Source of the DNA: Nemertoderma westbladi
Taxonomy: Eukaryota > Animalia > Xenacoelomorpha
Reading direction: 5' to 3'
NCBI GenBank assembly: GCA_032718475.1
Contig: JAUCBJ010007907.1
Coordinates: forward strand, 1 to 60,509
DNA length: 60,509 nt
The translations under genes were made by a program, and so were the position numbers. Below the pieces are notes generated by a model. That model did not search any database and was not told the DNA's origin. It worked only from the letters and a program-made list of their open reading frames with translations. Positions 21,430 through 34,309 of the stretch are shown here, one piece after another (positions within the stretch are counted from its first letter, which is position 1; each line of letters opens with the position of its first letter).

Positions 21430-23760
21430 TTCTTTCGCGAACAGCATTTACGGAGTTTCTTAAGACTTGCGAGAGTCTTTTTCTCTTTAGGGTGAGCCAC
21501 TTTATTAGGAGGGCTATTCGATGAGGATTGCGGTTGGTGTGTCCGCCAGTCGAGGTACCCGGTTGGTCGATATCGATATCGGGGGATCGGGATTGAACAA
21601 CCTTTACGGCTCGTTTCAGGATGGCAGCTCTTACTGGTCCTTGATTGGTTGTCTGTACGACAACGGTAGGTTTACCGTATGTAGTGAGGAATTTTCTCGG
21701 TTCAATCGTTTAATCCCTTTCTTTGTATTCATATGGTCGTATATAAACTTCTTGTAATTCAGGGTGTGCGTTTATGAATAACTCAACATATTCTTTCTTC
21801 CTCGGACAATACATATAAATTCCAATGGACTAGTCGAGTTTTAATAAATCCATCGAGATTATATGGAGGTATTACGTCATTTTCAATTCTTGAGACATTA
21901 TAAGGTTTTCTAAATGAGTTTGCTTTAACTAATTGGTCCAAATGTTTTTGTAGTTGTTAAATTTCAACAAGGTCGAGGGGATTTATCAATGGTAGAAACT
22001 TTAAACTATGTGTAGGATCTTCGGGTTTCACCATTTAATATTGAGCTAAGTGGACATAATAGGGATGGTCTTTGATCCCGTAAAATGAGTTCTGTAAAGG
22101 TCTAGCGCGTATGTTAACCTCGTGTACCATACGACGGACAAGATCTGCTTGATTGTCCGGAGATTCAACGAGTATACTGTCGACATGAGCAGCTTCAATC
22201 AGCGGATGTTGTAACATAGGAGCGTCAGCGATAAGATCTCGAGATCTTAGGTTGATATCAACCGGTTGAGGTTGGGCTGTCGCGAAGAGTTTATCTCTGA
22301 ACTGAGGAACCATCGAAGGATGAATGATGGCTTTGGAGTAGAGATCAGTCATAAGTATCTGAGCTTCAGGTTGAGCTAAAGCTGCTTCTTCTCACTCGTC
22401 CATTTCGATATGTTTCTCCTCTAGCTGATTCTTCTCTGCTTGTCTTTGAAAACGTTCGTCTAAGAACTCTTGTAACGAATATGTACGCCCAAGTTCAATA
22501 TCTCCCTCCAGATTCTCGATTTTGCCATCCAACTGAGGTAAAGCTAATTCTTTTACCGCTTGGACTTGTTGATGTAATCTACATTTGTCTAAACAATCAT
22601 AGGTTCCCTTTCCGATCTTTTGCCGAATTGCGTCCAGTGCGTTCAGTGTGACACTTTCCTCCACCTCGGTGACAGGTTGTATCGGAGTCAAACCGGGACG
22701 ATTATACGGTTGAACGGAGATATTAGATGTCCGTGTCCCAATCCGGCTAAGTAGGATGGGCGAATATCCAAGGAGCCCACAACCGGAGTGCCACCGACTA
22801 ATTGTTCGTGTAACACCAGATATTTGAACAATGAGTACAACTCAGGAGGATCTGTCATACTGATAGGGTCAAGAGTCTGCGGTCGCACCGGGGACTGATG
22901 AGGTTTGACCGAGTATTCCGGAACTCTGATCATAGGTTTCCTTAAGGATCATTTGAGTCGAGCGAGCGTAGGTGGCACGTCGAACAGGTTTTGCTCAAAA
23001 CTCCCGTAAGTATAGCGAGTATAACTATGTTTAGCACAACGTCTCCACGGGTGTTTATGGCGTTCTGTTTGTTGATTGGGTCTAGGGCATTCATCGCAGT
23101 AATACCAAAGATGCACATCTTGTAAGGGAAACGATGGCGCCTTTTCTCCCGTTTTACAATATTCCTCCATCTGTTCGAAGCTATCCGGTACAACAAGTAG
23201 GGGTCGATTAGCGGTATGATACATCATAGTAAAATACAATCGTTTAAGTTCCATCATAGGATTATGATGTATACCTTGCAGATATCGAGTTTCTAGATTT
23301 GACTAGCTACATTGAGATAAGTTTCTCTCAGGAACTCTAAATATTCGTAAAAGTCAGTACGCTTGTCCGGTTCTTCGAGATCTTCTCTTTCGAGTCAGTT
23401 TCGAATAGAATTTTCATGTTCGATTTTCAGTTTGTCGTTCCGACTCCACTGGGCGTGATATTTAAACAAAATCATCTCCTTTTCGGTATCCACATCGTCT
23501 GTATCGTGTAAATCGATAGGATGACCAGTAGTCAAGAAGTCCAAATACATACCATTACGATGCGTATAGCGCGCGGTGAATTTTCTATAGTCCAATTCAC
23601 GCGTGAGCTGTTCCTCTGACATTGGCGTTTCGATATAATGTCCATCATCTTCCGTTGTATGTTGACTAGCGTCGCCGCTTATCAAACTATCAACAAATGC
23701 TTGTAGAGGTAGAGTATAGTGCTCCTTGATACCAAGATCATCTTCTATTAACTCAGTCAT
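21430..23760 (-). pseudogene. Decayed ~2.3 kb ORF of unknown function immediately upstream of LTR C
   Basis: Track ORFs 23395-23760, 22949-23257, 22688-22933, 22392-22691 and 22035-22352 join through single in-frame stops or frameshifts. Contains CDEC..H..HPWRRC. Confidence 0.6.
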
Positions 23761-23941
23761 AATATATATATATGAGTTTATCGATATTCTAAATGAAGGC
23801 TAGCGGGCGTTGCTGCCTATTATCCCCCACTGCCCCCATCCTCTTGTTGTCTGGTAGGGGCACCTTTGGCTGCTCTTTACCATCCCTATGGTATATCGCC
23901 CCCCTCGCACTTCATCGAGTTTTCTGACACTCTCCTGCACC

Positions 23942-24910
23942 TGGAACACAGTTGAATCCTGTGGAAAGTGCCAAGAAGCACTCCCTAGCCAAACTCGCAA
24001 GCCCATGCTTTCTGAGGTCCAACCAACACTACCCTTTCAGACAACATAAGCTGACTTATTTGACCATGGTGGGAAATCCTACCTTGTCTACACTTGCCGT
24101 CTTTCTGGATGGCCCACTATCATCGACATGTGGAACCGCAGCCCTTATGCAAAGATGGTCACAGCCGCATTAGCACCACACTTCATGGATCTCGGGTCCC
24201 AACCAAGATTCGCACTGATGTTGGCGCTCAGTTTGACTCCTATGACTTCCTTGAATTCCTATGTCGCTGGGGTGTCCAGACAGACCCATCAACACCCTAC
24301 AATCCATCTAGCAATGGACACGCAGAGGCTGATGTAAAGGCAATGAAGGGACTGATTACCAAGACTGGAGGACTCAATGAACAGTTTCGCTTTGGTATGT
24401 TGGAGTGGCGCAACACTCCCAACTCCAGTGGATTCTCCCCTGCCCAAATCCTATTTGGAGCACCATTACGGTCTCTGGTACCCGCACACCATACAACCTA
24501 TGCATCTTCATGGCAGACAACTACTGATGCGATAGACAATCGTGCTGTTGTTAAGGAAGTCAAACGTATTCATTTTGACAAGGGTACTCATCGTCCACTA
24601 AAACCCCCCCATATTGGTGACTGTTATAATCCAGGACCCCACTACGAAATCCTGGGATCGTGAAGGTCTGGTGACGTCTATCGGACGCCACCATTACTAC
24701 TGGGTGCGACTACCCAGTGGGCGTACACTCCGCCGTAACCGTCGTTTCTTACGCCACCAACACCACCAACCTATGGATGGAGCGCAACCTAGCAGCCCTC
24801 AATCACAAACTGCTAATGAACGCAATGTTCACTTCAGCCCAATTCCTGAGGCAATCCAGCCACATCATAGTTCCCACACTCGGAAACCCCCAGATAAACT
24901 CAACGTTCAG
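23942..24910 (+). pseudogene. Ty3/Gypsy integrase remnant
   Basis: CGKCQEALPSQ, ADLFDHGGKSYLV, SGWP, IRTDVGAQF, SNGHAE, WRNTP..GFSPAQILFG and RRNRRFLR; contains a stop and frameshifts. Confidence 0.88.
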
Positions 24911-24934
24911 ATATTACTGAAAGCTAGAAAGGGG

Positions 24935-25155
24935 TGTGGAGATCTGAAGATACTGTTGTGGAGATCTGAAGACACTGTATATCTGGGCATTGCCTATATC
25001 GTATATACTCAAATATACAGATGACTCATTCAGGGACAACGCCCTGACAGATTTCAGCATTTAGTCTGTAGTTAGGCATACCAAACGACCTGCTATTAAT
25101 ACACAGTATGCTGACTCGTTTGGAACCGGCTGGTGAGTAATCTTATGAACCTACA
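24935..25155 (+). mobile_element. Putative 3' LTR of the Gypsy remnant
   Basis: PPT agaaagggg directly before TGTGGAG at 24935; candidate end cctaca at 25155. Confidence 0.55.
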
Positions 25156-25489
25156 GCACTCCATGCCATACTGTACCACGTTTAACTTCAAAGGGTTCTC
25201 TTAATTAAACCTACAGTACTAGTGCTAATATCACAATATAATTACAATATTTGGTGCGATTAATTTTATAACATCCCATCTAAAATAGTAATGGTTAGTG
25301 ATGCTAGTAATGGTAGTAACGGAGACATCTAAAATTGAGTGTGCCACTGTCTGACTGTCTTGACTGTACCAGAAGCGCTGAAGGTTGAACTGACTGCCAG
25401 ACTGCTCGACGCCAGTTTCATAATTTATTAGAACCCCAGAACCGCTCTCCTTTGCGATCTTAGGCCATTCTACCCTGCGTACCCGGGTC

Positions 25490-25705
25490 TAACCTGTGAA
25501 TTCGGATCGGTCTAACCTTCGTTCTCGTATCTGCTTAACCTGCATTCTCCGACTGGTTCACACCGACTTCTCGGATCGGATTAACCCACGTTTTCGGTCT
25601 GGTTAAACGCGGTAATTCGGATCAGTTTAACCCGCGTCTTCAGGCTGGTTTGAACTGACTTATCAGTTTGGTTTAAACTGCGTATTCGGGTTTGTTAATA
25701 CTACC
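25490..25705. repeat. Degenerate 23-bp tandem array (~9 units)
   Basis: Units such as ttcggatcggtctaacc, tctcggatcggattaacc and ttcggatcagtttaacc recur with a 23-nt period. Confidence 0.6.
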
Positions 25706-27372
25706 TGAGCCACTTCTACAGTTTCGGGCGCGGCTTTACCTTCTTACCTATGATATGGGGCCAACGTCCCCTTTTAACGATGTATAACCACCAATCTGAA
25801 GCCTACGGGTCGGGAGTTTCAGGCGAGTTCAGTCAGGCTGATTGTTTATTTAATTAACCAACATCACTTCTATATAAATTTAATTTAATTATCATTTAAT
25901 TATCATACGATTGATTGCATCCCATCTCTTAAAATTACTGATACTTAATTACTATATTAATTGAATTTAATTATCATACGATTGATTGCATCTCATCTCT
26001 TAAAATTACTGATCAAAGTTTATAACATCCGCTTTACATTCAATCAATTAGTTTTTTCACCTTGTCATAATCTGAATCAGCCATTATTCATTTACTATTT
26101 GTAGAACTGTACACATTGTACTAATTTGTTTTCTTTTTCGTTATCATGCACAAATTCGATCAATTCAGAACAATCAGTTCTTTCTTCATGTCTTAATCTG
26201 CTTCAACCATTATTCATTTATTATTGTCTACCTATGATCTAATTGTAGAACTGTATCCATCGTACTAATTTGTTTTCTTTTTCATTATCATGCATAAATT
26301 CGATCAATTCAGAACTATCAGTTCTTTCTTCTTGTCTTAATCTGCATCAGCCATTATTCACTTATCATTAATTATCATCCACCACCAAATCTTTTGATAA
26401 GTTATACTCTTGAAACACCCAACCAACACTTCATCCCCCTCCAGAGGTGCCTGTTCTATTCACACCAGTACGTTTTGCTATCCTACAATATGTCCCAGGG
26501 TACACAACGTTGCTGTTCCTGCTAACCAGGGGGGACTTGCAAAAACTGCCGTTGTTGGAGATTGTGGACTGCGTGCACCAACTGCATTCCATACCTAACA
26601 AGTAAGTGTACTAATATCCAAGGAAGATTAGCTCTCAACCTCAATGACAGCTGCTGCGGATGCAAAGGTAAATCAGGTCGATATCTAAGATGCGTCTGTG
26701 CCAAGCCAGGGCGAGCATGCTACAACTGTGCCCCTTCGAAAAATGGTTTTTGTGCAAATGTGATGACAGGACCAAGTTCCAGACCAGTTCCACTAAGGAG
26801 TTCCTCACAACCATTGCCAATCCGAGAGAAAAGGAATACCGATTCAATCGGCTCCAACTCACAGCCACTTGAACCCAGTAACACCTCAACAGATGAGGAC
26901 ACCTTTGTAGATGCAGACGAAACCTTGTGTAATGCAATAGTACCCCAAGAACCATAGCTAAAGGAGGACCAGATGCACAGATTAATGCTCCTGAAGGACC
27001 AACTTCTGAGGCTTCCTACACAGAGGATCACGCTGCCTAGATAAAGCTAGTGTTCTAGTCACCAGCCCACTAGCTATAGCCAGTTTTGCCATCTGGCCAC
27101 CAAGAGCAAGTTTTTCCTGTTTTAGACAGTTTTTCCTCAGCATACCAAGTAAGTTCAGCAGATGGTATGTCAACAACAGCAGTTACATTGGGTGGGTCTT
27201 CTACCCTCACAGACAGTTTATCTGCCACAGCCAATAATGATGTACCAATTTATCCCTCGCATGTCCTCAAGGCCCTCAAAGCAAACTGTGCTGCAACTGC
27301 TCGACCCATGGATGCAAACCCACCAGCCACTGTTGTTGCACTCGCTCTAGCCGACCCTGCATTAGTTGTACC

Positions 27373-30300
27373 CAAGGCCACCTATAATACAGGCCTTGCA
27401 GCCCAATAATTGCCAAAATTTGCTAGGGCTGAAGTTTTACAATCTACATTTCACTTAGATGTCCCTTGGATGCGACATATTTCGAATTATGGATGTGGAC
27501 AGAACTATTACTATTTTTCAGGGGACACCAAAAGTGTTACCGGTAGGCCTATACAAAATCAGACTGATTGATCATTCTATCATTACCGGTACGGTTAACA
27601 GTAGGCTATTACTGTATTATGTGGGTTAGCCTACAGCTTTCAGACGTTTCAGTGGTTACCACTTACTCTGTTACTACCACTAGTGCTGTAGTGATAAACT
27701 GCTATTCAGTTAGGCTACTGCGCATGCCAGTCTGTTGTATTAATTTGCAATAGCTACGACTACCCTACCTATTTGATATCGAATATTTTATTATTATTGT
27801 TACAACTGTTGTATTATTGTTGCTGTTGTATGCGTAGCCTAATGGGACGAAAATGTTCTGTGGGGAACTGCCGAACTGGTTACTGTCGAACCAAGGAACA
27901 TCCAGAAGAGACGGGTCCGATTCCGGTTTACTCCTTCCCGAGAGACGAGCGACAGCGGGTGGAGTGGATTAGCTGATTAGAGCTCTTCCGAACATCATTG
28001 GAAGTGTTACCGATAATATGGGAGTCTGTCGGCTCCACTGGCCAACGCAAACTCCCATGAAGTCGGTAAAAGGCGGTCGCGGCGGTGGAGTTCCAACTAA
28101 TCCACCGTCAATATTTAATACTCCCGATTCTTGGGTCCCTACTCCTTCTGCGAGACCACGAGCTACTTCTTCTTCCACGAGCTTCAACCAACTCCGCAAC
28201 ACTCTGCCGGATGAACTCCCGAGGTTTCTCGAGATGGACTTTATACTTGTGGAATTGTTTTCGACGCAGCTCCACAATAAATTAGGTGGAAGTTACGATT
28301 TGCTCTTGCGAGATTCTGGGGATGCAGTAGTTATGAGCCGTGAAAGAGAAGGTCCAACAGCTAAATTGACTCTCAACATTACAGTATCTACTGAATCCCT
28401 TTCGTTTAGTGGCTACAGAGGCCTTCGTAAGGAGAAATTCCTGTTTCTTCGATATCCCGACAAAGTTCGACGTTGGTCTGAACTCGAGGAAGTGATTAAT
28501 GTTTTGAATCAGGACACTCCAGTAGAGGACGAGCGCTGGATTTTCATTAATCGCCAAATTGAGCTACTGAATACTCCCAAGAATGGAAAGGTATATCTTG
28601 CAAATGATTTATCCCTTGCATTTTCTTGGTATAGGTTGTCGACGAAGCTTTACCAGACACTCCAGGAATTCATGGCACTTCCAAGTTTGCGAGTGATCCG
28701 TAATATTACATCGGCAGTGTCTAATGTTGATACGAAGGAGTTTCTCACTGCTGTATTTGAGAAATTGGAGGACCGCCAACGCATTTGCTCCTTGGTTATT
28801 GATGAAATATATATAAAGCCATCTGTTCAATATTATGGGGGAACTGTTTATGGTAATTCAGTTGATGATCCAACGAAACTGGCCAGAACGATTTTGGCAG
28901 TAATGATTTGTTGCGCATTTGGAGGGCCCAGCTTCATTTTGAAGGTGATACCATGCAGTGGTTTAACTTCGGAGTTTCAGTTGGACAATGTGAATCTCAT
29001 CCTTAAAGATCTGGTTTCATGTAAAATTGTTGCGATTGTGGTCGTTGTCGATAACAACAAGGTAAACCAGAAATTTGTAAAGATGTTCAAAATTCCAAAC
29101 CTATCGAAACCGTGGATTGCGACATCTCCTTTTGGTTCGGATTACCCATTGTTTCTCATTAATGATCCTGTGCACATTCTAAAGTGCATATGTAACAACT
29201 GGTACACAGAGGAACATAAATCTATAATGTTTTATGATGTTAGGGACTCCGATCGGTCCCAAATGACAGCCAGTTGGAGCCATTTAATACAAATGTACGA
29301 ATCTGACAGCAAATCCCTTGTTACGTTTTCCGATTTAACTAAGTCTGCTGTTAGTCCTTCTAATATACAGCGACAAAATGTAGGATTGGCGCTGAAAATA
29401 ATTTCGGATAAGACAATAGCTGCACTGAAATCATCCGATATACCTGGTGTGGATGAAACTGTTAACTTCCTGGAACTTGTTGCCGAATGGTGGAAGATGT
29501 TAAACATTAAGGGTCTGACTGCTGGTGTCCGTTTCAACGACAACACCAGGGATGCTTTCAGCGACCCTCATTTGCCAGACTATCAGACTATGTGATTCCA
29601 TGCAGAACAGTTCTCGTCAAAAACGATGTAAATCGCTTACTAATGAAACTTCATCAGCATCTGCGAACACTACCAGAGGGATTGTTGATGCTACTAAGTA
29701 TCTGTTGACTACATCGAACAACACATTCAAGCACAACTTTGTGTTGACCAATTTTTTTCATGCAGACTGTATTGAATCCTATTTCGGAAGAATTCGCCAA
29801 GCTTATGGTGGGTGTTACTATATCAACGCTCATCAAGCACTCTGTTTTCTACACATTGATTCAGCTCGTATTCTGGCTTCACTTGATAATCTTCCTGATG
29901 ATACTCCAATGTCTATTCATTCATGTGCGAACTGTTCTACCCCTATGAATGAAACCGAGTTGGAACTTCTTGACTCTCTCCCACTTTTGGCAGATGACAT
30001 ACCAAATCCGGAAATTTCTGTACTGATATATATTGCGGGGTATCTCACTTTCAAATGCAAATTAGCACCAGGAGCAATCAGTACCGAGACCAGCGACCAA
30101 GTAACTCAGTACTTTCACGAGTTAAATCGAGGTAGATTATCTTTTCCTTCGGATAATTTGGTATTGTATACCTGTTACTGCTATGCGTTTTTCAATCACG
30201 TTTCTAAAACTACATTGTGCCGTACTAGACTTGTACATTTATTCACGGCAATATATAAGTATATGTCACCTGCTGATTCGCCTCCATTTGGCCTAAATGT

Positions 30301-30872
30301 TAAGGTTCACCGTACTCTTGCTAATATTTTCCGAAATGAAGTTTGCAAGAAATCTCTCGACGATACCACAGCTGTTGCACAGAAAAGGGCCAAATTTTCG
30401 TCAACATAAACATTGAGTATTATAATTATAATTTGACGTATTATACGTATTATAATTTGAGTTGAATTGGCCTGCCAAGGTCTACATATTTATTTTTAAT
30501 TCGTTGGGAATAACCTGAAATATACTTATTATGAGAACTAAATGCTATTAAATAAAGATATTACACTCGCAATGATTGAAAACCTAAAAATAGGTTGAAA
30601 ATGTTAGTTTTTGAGGCAATTTAATAGACATTTATTATGTATGGAATTTTTCATTCTCAGCACCCATCATGCACCCCTCGAAAAGTGGCATTTCCAGATA
30701 AGCACTAAATTTAAAAATAGACTAAAAAGATTCGCCATACCTGATAACCTTGGAAACAATTAGATAGTAGAGTTAGGTACCGTCATCTAGGTGAAATGTA
30801 GATTGTAAAACTTCGGCCCTAGCAAATTTTGGCAATTATTGGGCTGCAAGGCCTGTATTATAGGTGGCCTTG
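27373..30872 (+). mobile_element. P-superfamily (THAP9-like) DNA transposon, full length
   Basis: ~90-bp TIRs beginning CAAGGCCACCTATAATACAGGCC; perfect 8-bp TSD GTTGTACC at 27365-27372 and 30873-30880. Confidence 0.95.
27842..30409 (+). pseudogene. THAP-domain P-element transposase with two frameshifts (~27975, ~29585)
   Basis: MGRKCSVGNC..FP..W..VCRLHW (THAP), LVIDEIYIK, VVDNNKVN, DPVHILKC, IQRQNV, DCIESYFGRIRQ and YIAGY. Confidence 0.9.
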
Positions 30873-33800
30873 GTTGTACCCCTCTGGCTCTTGGAAAATG
30901 CAACACCATGATTGCAGGTTCTTCATATTCCAGTATCTACCCCAAAGCGGTAGGAACACCAGCCCCATTGAGCCATCTCATCCAACCAGACCAAAATTCC
31001 CCACAGAGTCTTATTCCAACCCAACCTAGCTCATCTGAGCGATAGGAAGCAGCATTTTGGGGGGCATTTGTAAACAGCCCCGGAGTGTCTACACAACCCG
31101 AATGGGAATCACGCCACTATCGTCTCACAAAATTACCAGGCCGAAGGTATACTCTCCCAGGTGGAAACATAGGTCGCAAAACAGTGGACATACTGGCCAA
31201 AGAAGTAGAGAACCTGATGGCAGGGAGTATTCCCTCAGAATGTGTGCTCTGCTTTATTGCTACCACATTTCAGTGTGACACAATGGTATCAAAAGGTGCA
31301 GATATCCGGCACACTATTCTCCGACGGATAGGAATGTGGGAGCGAGGGGAATTCGAACAATTAACCCGAGAAGCTGAACACTGCAGCTCTCACTTTCCAT
31401 CACACAAATATTCGACCCAATCTAGCACTAATAAGGCCCATTCATTCAATCGAAAGATTCTCGCTGGGCAGAATAGGGCAGCTGTATGGATGGTTACCGA
31501 CCGTGATGGGGGTGGAATGCTTAACCCTGAGGCCCAGGCAGAGGGTCAACCCCCTGGGGTATCAGTCAGAGATATACTGGAAAGTAAATACCCCAAGCAA
31601 TCGTCAATCTCACCGGAGTCTTTTGTTCACTGTTTTGTTCACATGCATTCAACAGTTTCAGCCAGCCTCTAGCGCTCTGGAATTGTCGTGTGTATTGGCC
31701 GAGATGCTCCAAATTCCTGAAAAAATGCCTACGACGGGCACACAGCACTGTACCTTACTGGTGGCTCCACCCCACTGTGGAGCATGGAGGGTGTTACCCG
31801 GGGCAACGCCCTAGCTATGCTCTTGTATGGATGTGGCACCATTCCACTGGTCCTGAACCTACAGGATATCTCTGATGTCGTCGAGAACACCATCAATCCC
31901 ACTACTGTGGTGCAAACTCCCAATGAGCCAGCTGTTCCAAGCACCTCAAGCAATACACCTAGAAGCAGGTACCAATGCTGGTATTCGGACGATGCCTCAT
32001 CAGTAGGTACGCTGTTATCTGTGCATCAGTGGTGGGAAAAAATAAATCTCTTGGGGCCCCGCATCGGATACACCCAACAGCTATCAAAGAGCTACCTAAT
32101 AGTAAAACCTGGAACAGAAAAAGAAGTTAAAGATCTCTTTGGAGACAGTGGTATCCACGTCGTTTCAGGACATAGGTTTTTAGATGGCTATGTGGGGGAC
32201 GCACTAGGCCATAAACAGTTCATCACCAAAAACGTGGATGTTTGGGTCAACAGCATTGAGCAATTATCTGAGGTGGCGGAAGACTACCCCCAGTCAGCCC
32301 ACACAGGGATGTCCCGCTGTCTACAAGCTGAGTGGGATTTTCTCCTAAGGGTCGTGGACACAGAGGAAGATGACCTGGCACCAATCCGGAAGGCACTACT
32401 CAAACACTACGTCCCCGCACTATTTGGCCCAACTCTTAGCCACACTGATGGGGATCAATTACTTCTACCAGTTCACCACGGAGGCATCGGCCTGAGAGAC
32501 CCGGAAATGAGAAGGTTACCGGCACGGACTGCATCACAGGAAGGGACCTCCCTGTTAGTGGAGTCATTAAAGACCAGTCAACCACTCCACATAGCCAACC
32601 ACAACAGGCAACTCCAGGAAACACAACAAGGAATGTTGGAGGATCAAAGAGATTTTATACAAAGAGAAAAAAGAAGCCTCAGCACAATCACTTACCACAG
32701 TACAGAGGCGGGCCTTGGATCGAGCAGTAACTTATAACACAGTGGGGTGGCTAACAGCCCAGCTATCCACCCTCAACCAGACCGATCTCGATGCCGAGGC
32801 CTTCTGAGACGGACTCACCCTCCGCTATGGACTCACACCACCTAACCTGCCAAGTAGCTGTGAGGGTTGCGGTGAGCCCTTTTCAAATTCCCACGCACTA
32901 TCCTGCAAGACCGGTGGCCTCATAATAAAAAGGCATGACGAGATCAGAGAAGTCTTTGGTGATCTGCTAGCTTCAGCCTGCGGTAACTCTAACGTCGAGA
33001 GAGAAACAACCCTCTCCACAGGGCACCTAGATCCAGAGGGCCAAGAGGTGGGAGGAGTCCGGGCCGATCTCGTTGCACGGGGAGTTTGGACCAATCAGAG
33101 GGTGGTGTCTTTTGATATCGCGCTAATAAATGCTGACGCCTCCTCCCACGTCCAAGCAAACCGATCCATCGAGTCCCTACTCCAACAGAAGGCCCGAGAA
33201 AAGAAACACCACTACCAGGGAGTGTGTGTAGAACGGAGCATACATTTCACGCCCTTAGTTGGAACAACAGAAGGCGTCTGGTGTAAAGAAACCCAGGGCT
33301 TCATCATCCACCTGGCAGAGTCCATCATCCAACGGAGAGCATCAATGAGAGAGAGAGGATTCTCATGCGTACTGGGCGGAGTGAGGAGGAGACTGCAGTT
33401 TACCCTGCTACGGGCTAGTTCTTTGTGTCTGCGGGGCGAGCGACGGCCTTGGCGTGGACTAGGGATTGCAGATGGTGCTGGCCTCAGGAACACCCGCCAG
33501 GATCAGTACTAAACTACCGCCCCACAACCCCCCCCCCCCCCTCACCCCGCCCCTCCAAGCAGCTCATGCCCCCAAAAACAAAATTTTAGGTACACACACC
33601 AAATTTTACCATAATTTACCAATGCTTTTTAACATTATTTTTAACATTATAATAATATATGCAAGGCCTTTATCATACATTATGTCTAAATTTGTGTAAT
33701 GGTAGTAATGGGTAGTAATGGTTAATTAGTGCTATAGAGTGAATAATAATTATACATCATTAGATTATCATTAATCTCATTTAATTATCTCCATTAGTCG

Positions 33801-34309
33801 CATAATTTGAAGTTTTGAGGTTGAAATATTTACATTTCGGTCACGAATGTTTACGGTATCCAATTTAATGGATTCACAGCCAGTTATGTATTCACACATA
33901 CAGTGTGAATGTTATTGCATTCATAAATGCATAAATTTGATGCGCCCCTTGCATATACAAAATAATGTATATCACATCCATCACATATTCAGTACATCAG
34001 CACCATACATCACATATTCGATATTACAGTATCATGTGGATTGTTTAATGTACACAGTATATGCAATGCAATATAGGCACGCATGTTGCACAGGTTAGGC
34101 AAATTATACTGCTAGTATGAAAATCAATACATCGTACTTTGTAGTGATGTAATAAAACAACGTTACTGTTTATGAATAATTTGTAGTTATGTCAAGAAAT
34201 ATTATACAGTACAGTATTACTGATTTGTGTGTGTTGTCCAAGTACTGTAGGAGTACTTTTACTATTAAATTATATTACATGTACAATAGTCAGCATAATT
34301 AATCCTACT

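Larger units (their letters stand above)
26490..33512 (+). mobile_element. CRE-clade (restriction-like endonuclease) non-LTR retrotransposon, decayed, internally deleted and split by a P element
   Basis: N-terminal Cys-rich repeats (26490-26760), YTLPGGNIGR..W..GEFEQL, EGVTRGNALAM, WYSDD, LLLPVHHGGIGL, CEGCG..HALSCKTGG..KRHDEIR (32860-32950) and RADLVARGVW..FDIALINADA. Confidence 0.85.

Noticed and set aside
29573-29590. cagactat duplication as the cause of the second P transposase frameshift
   Set aside because: Removing 8 nt does not restore the downstream frame, so the lesion is more complex.
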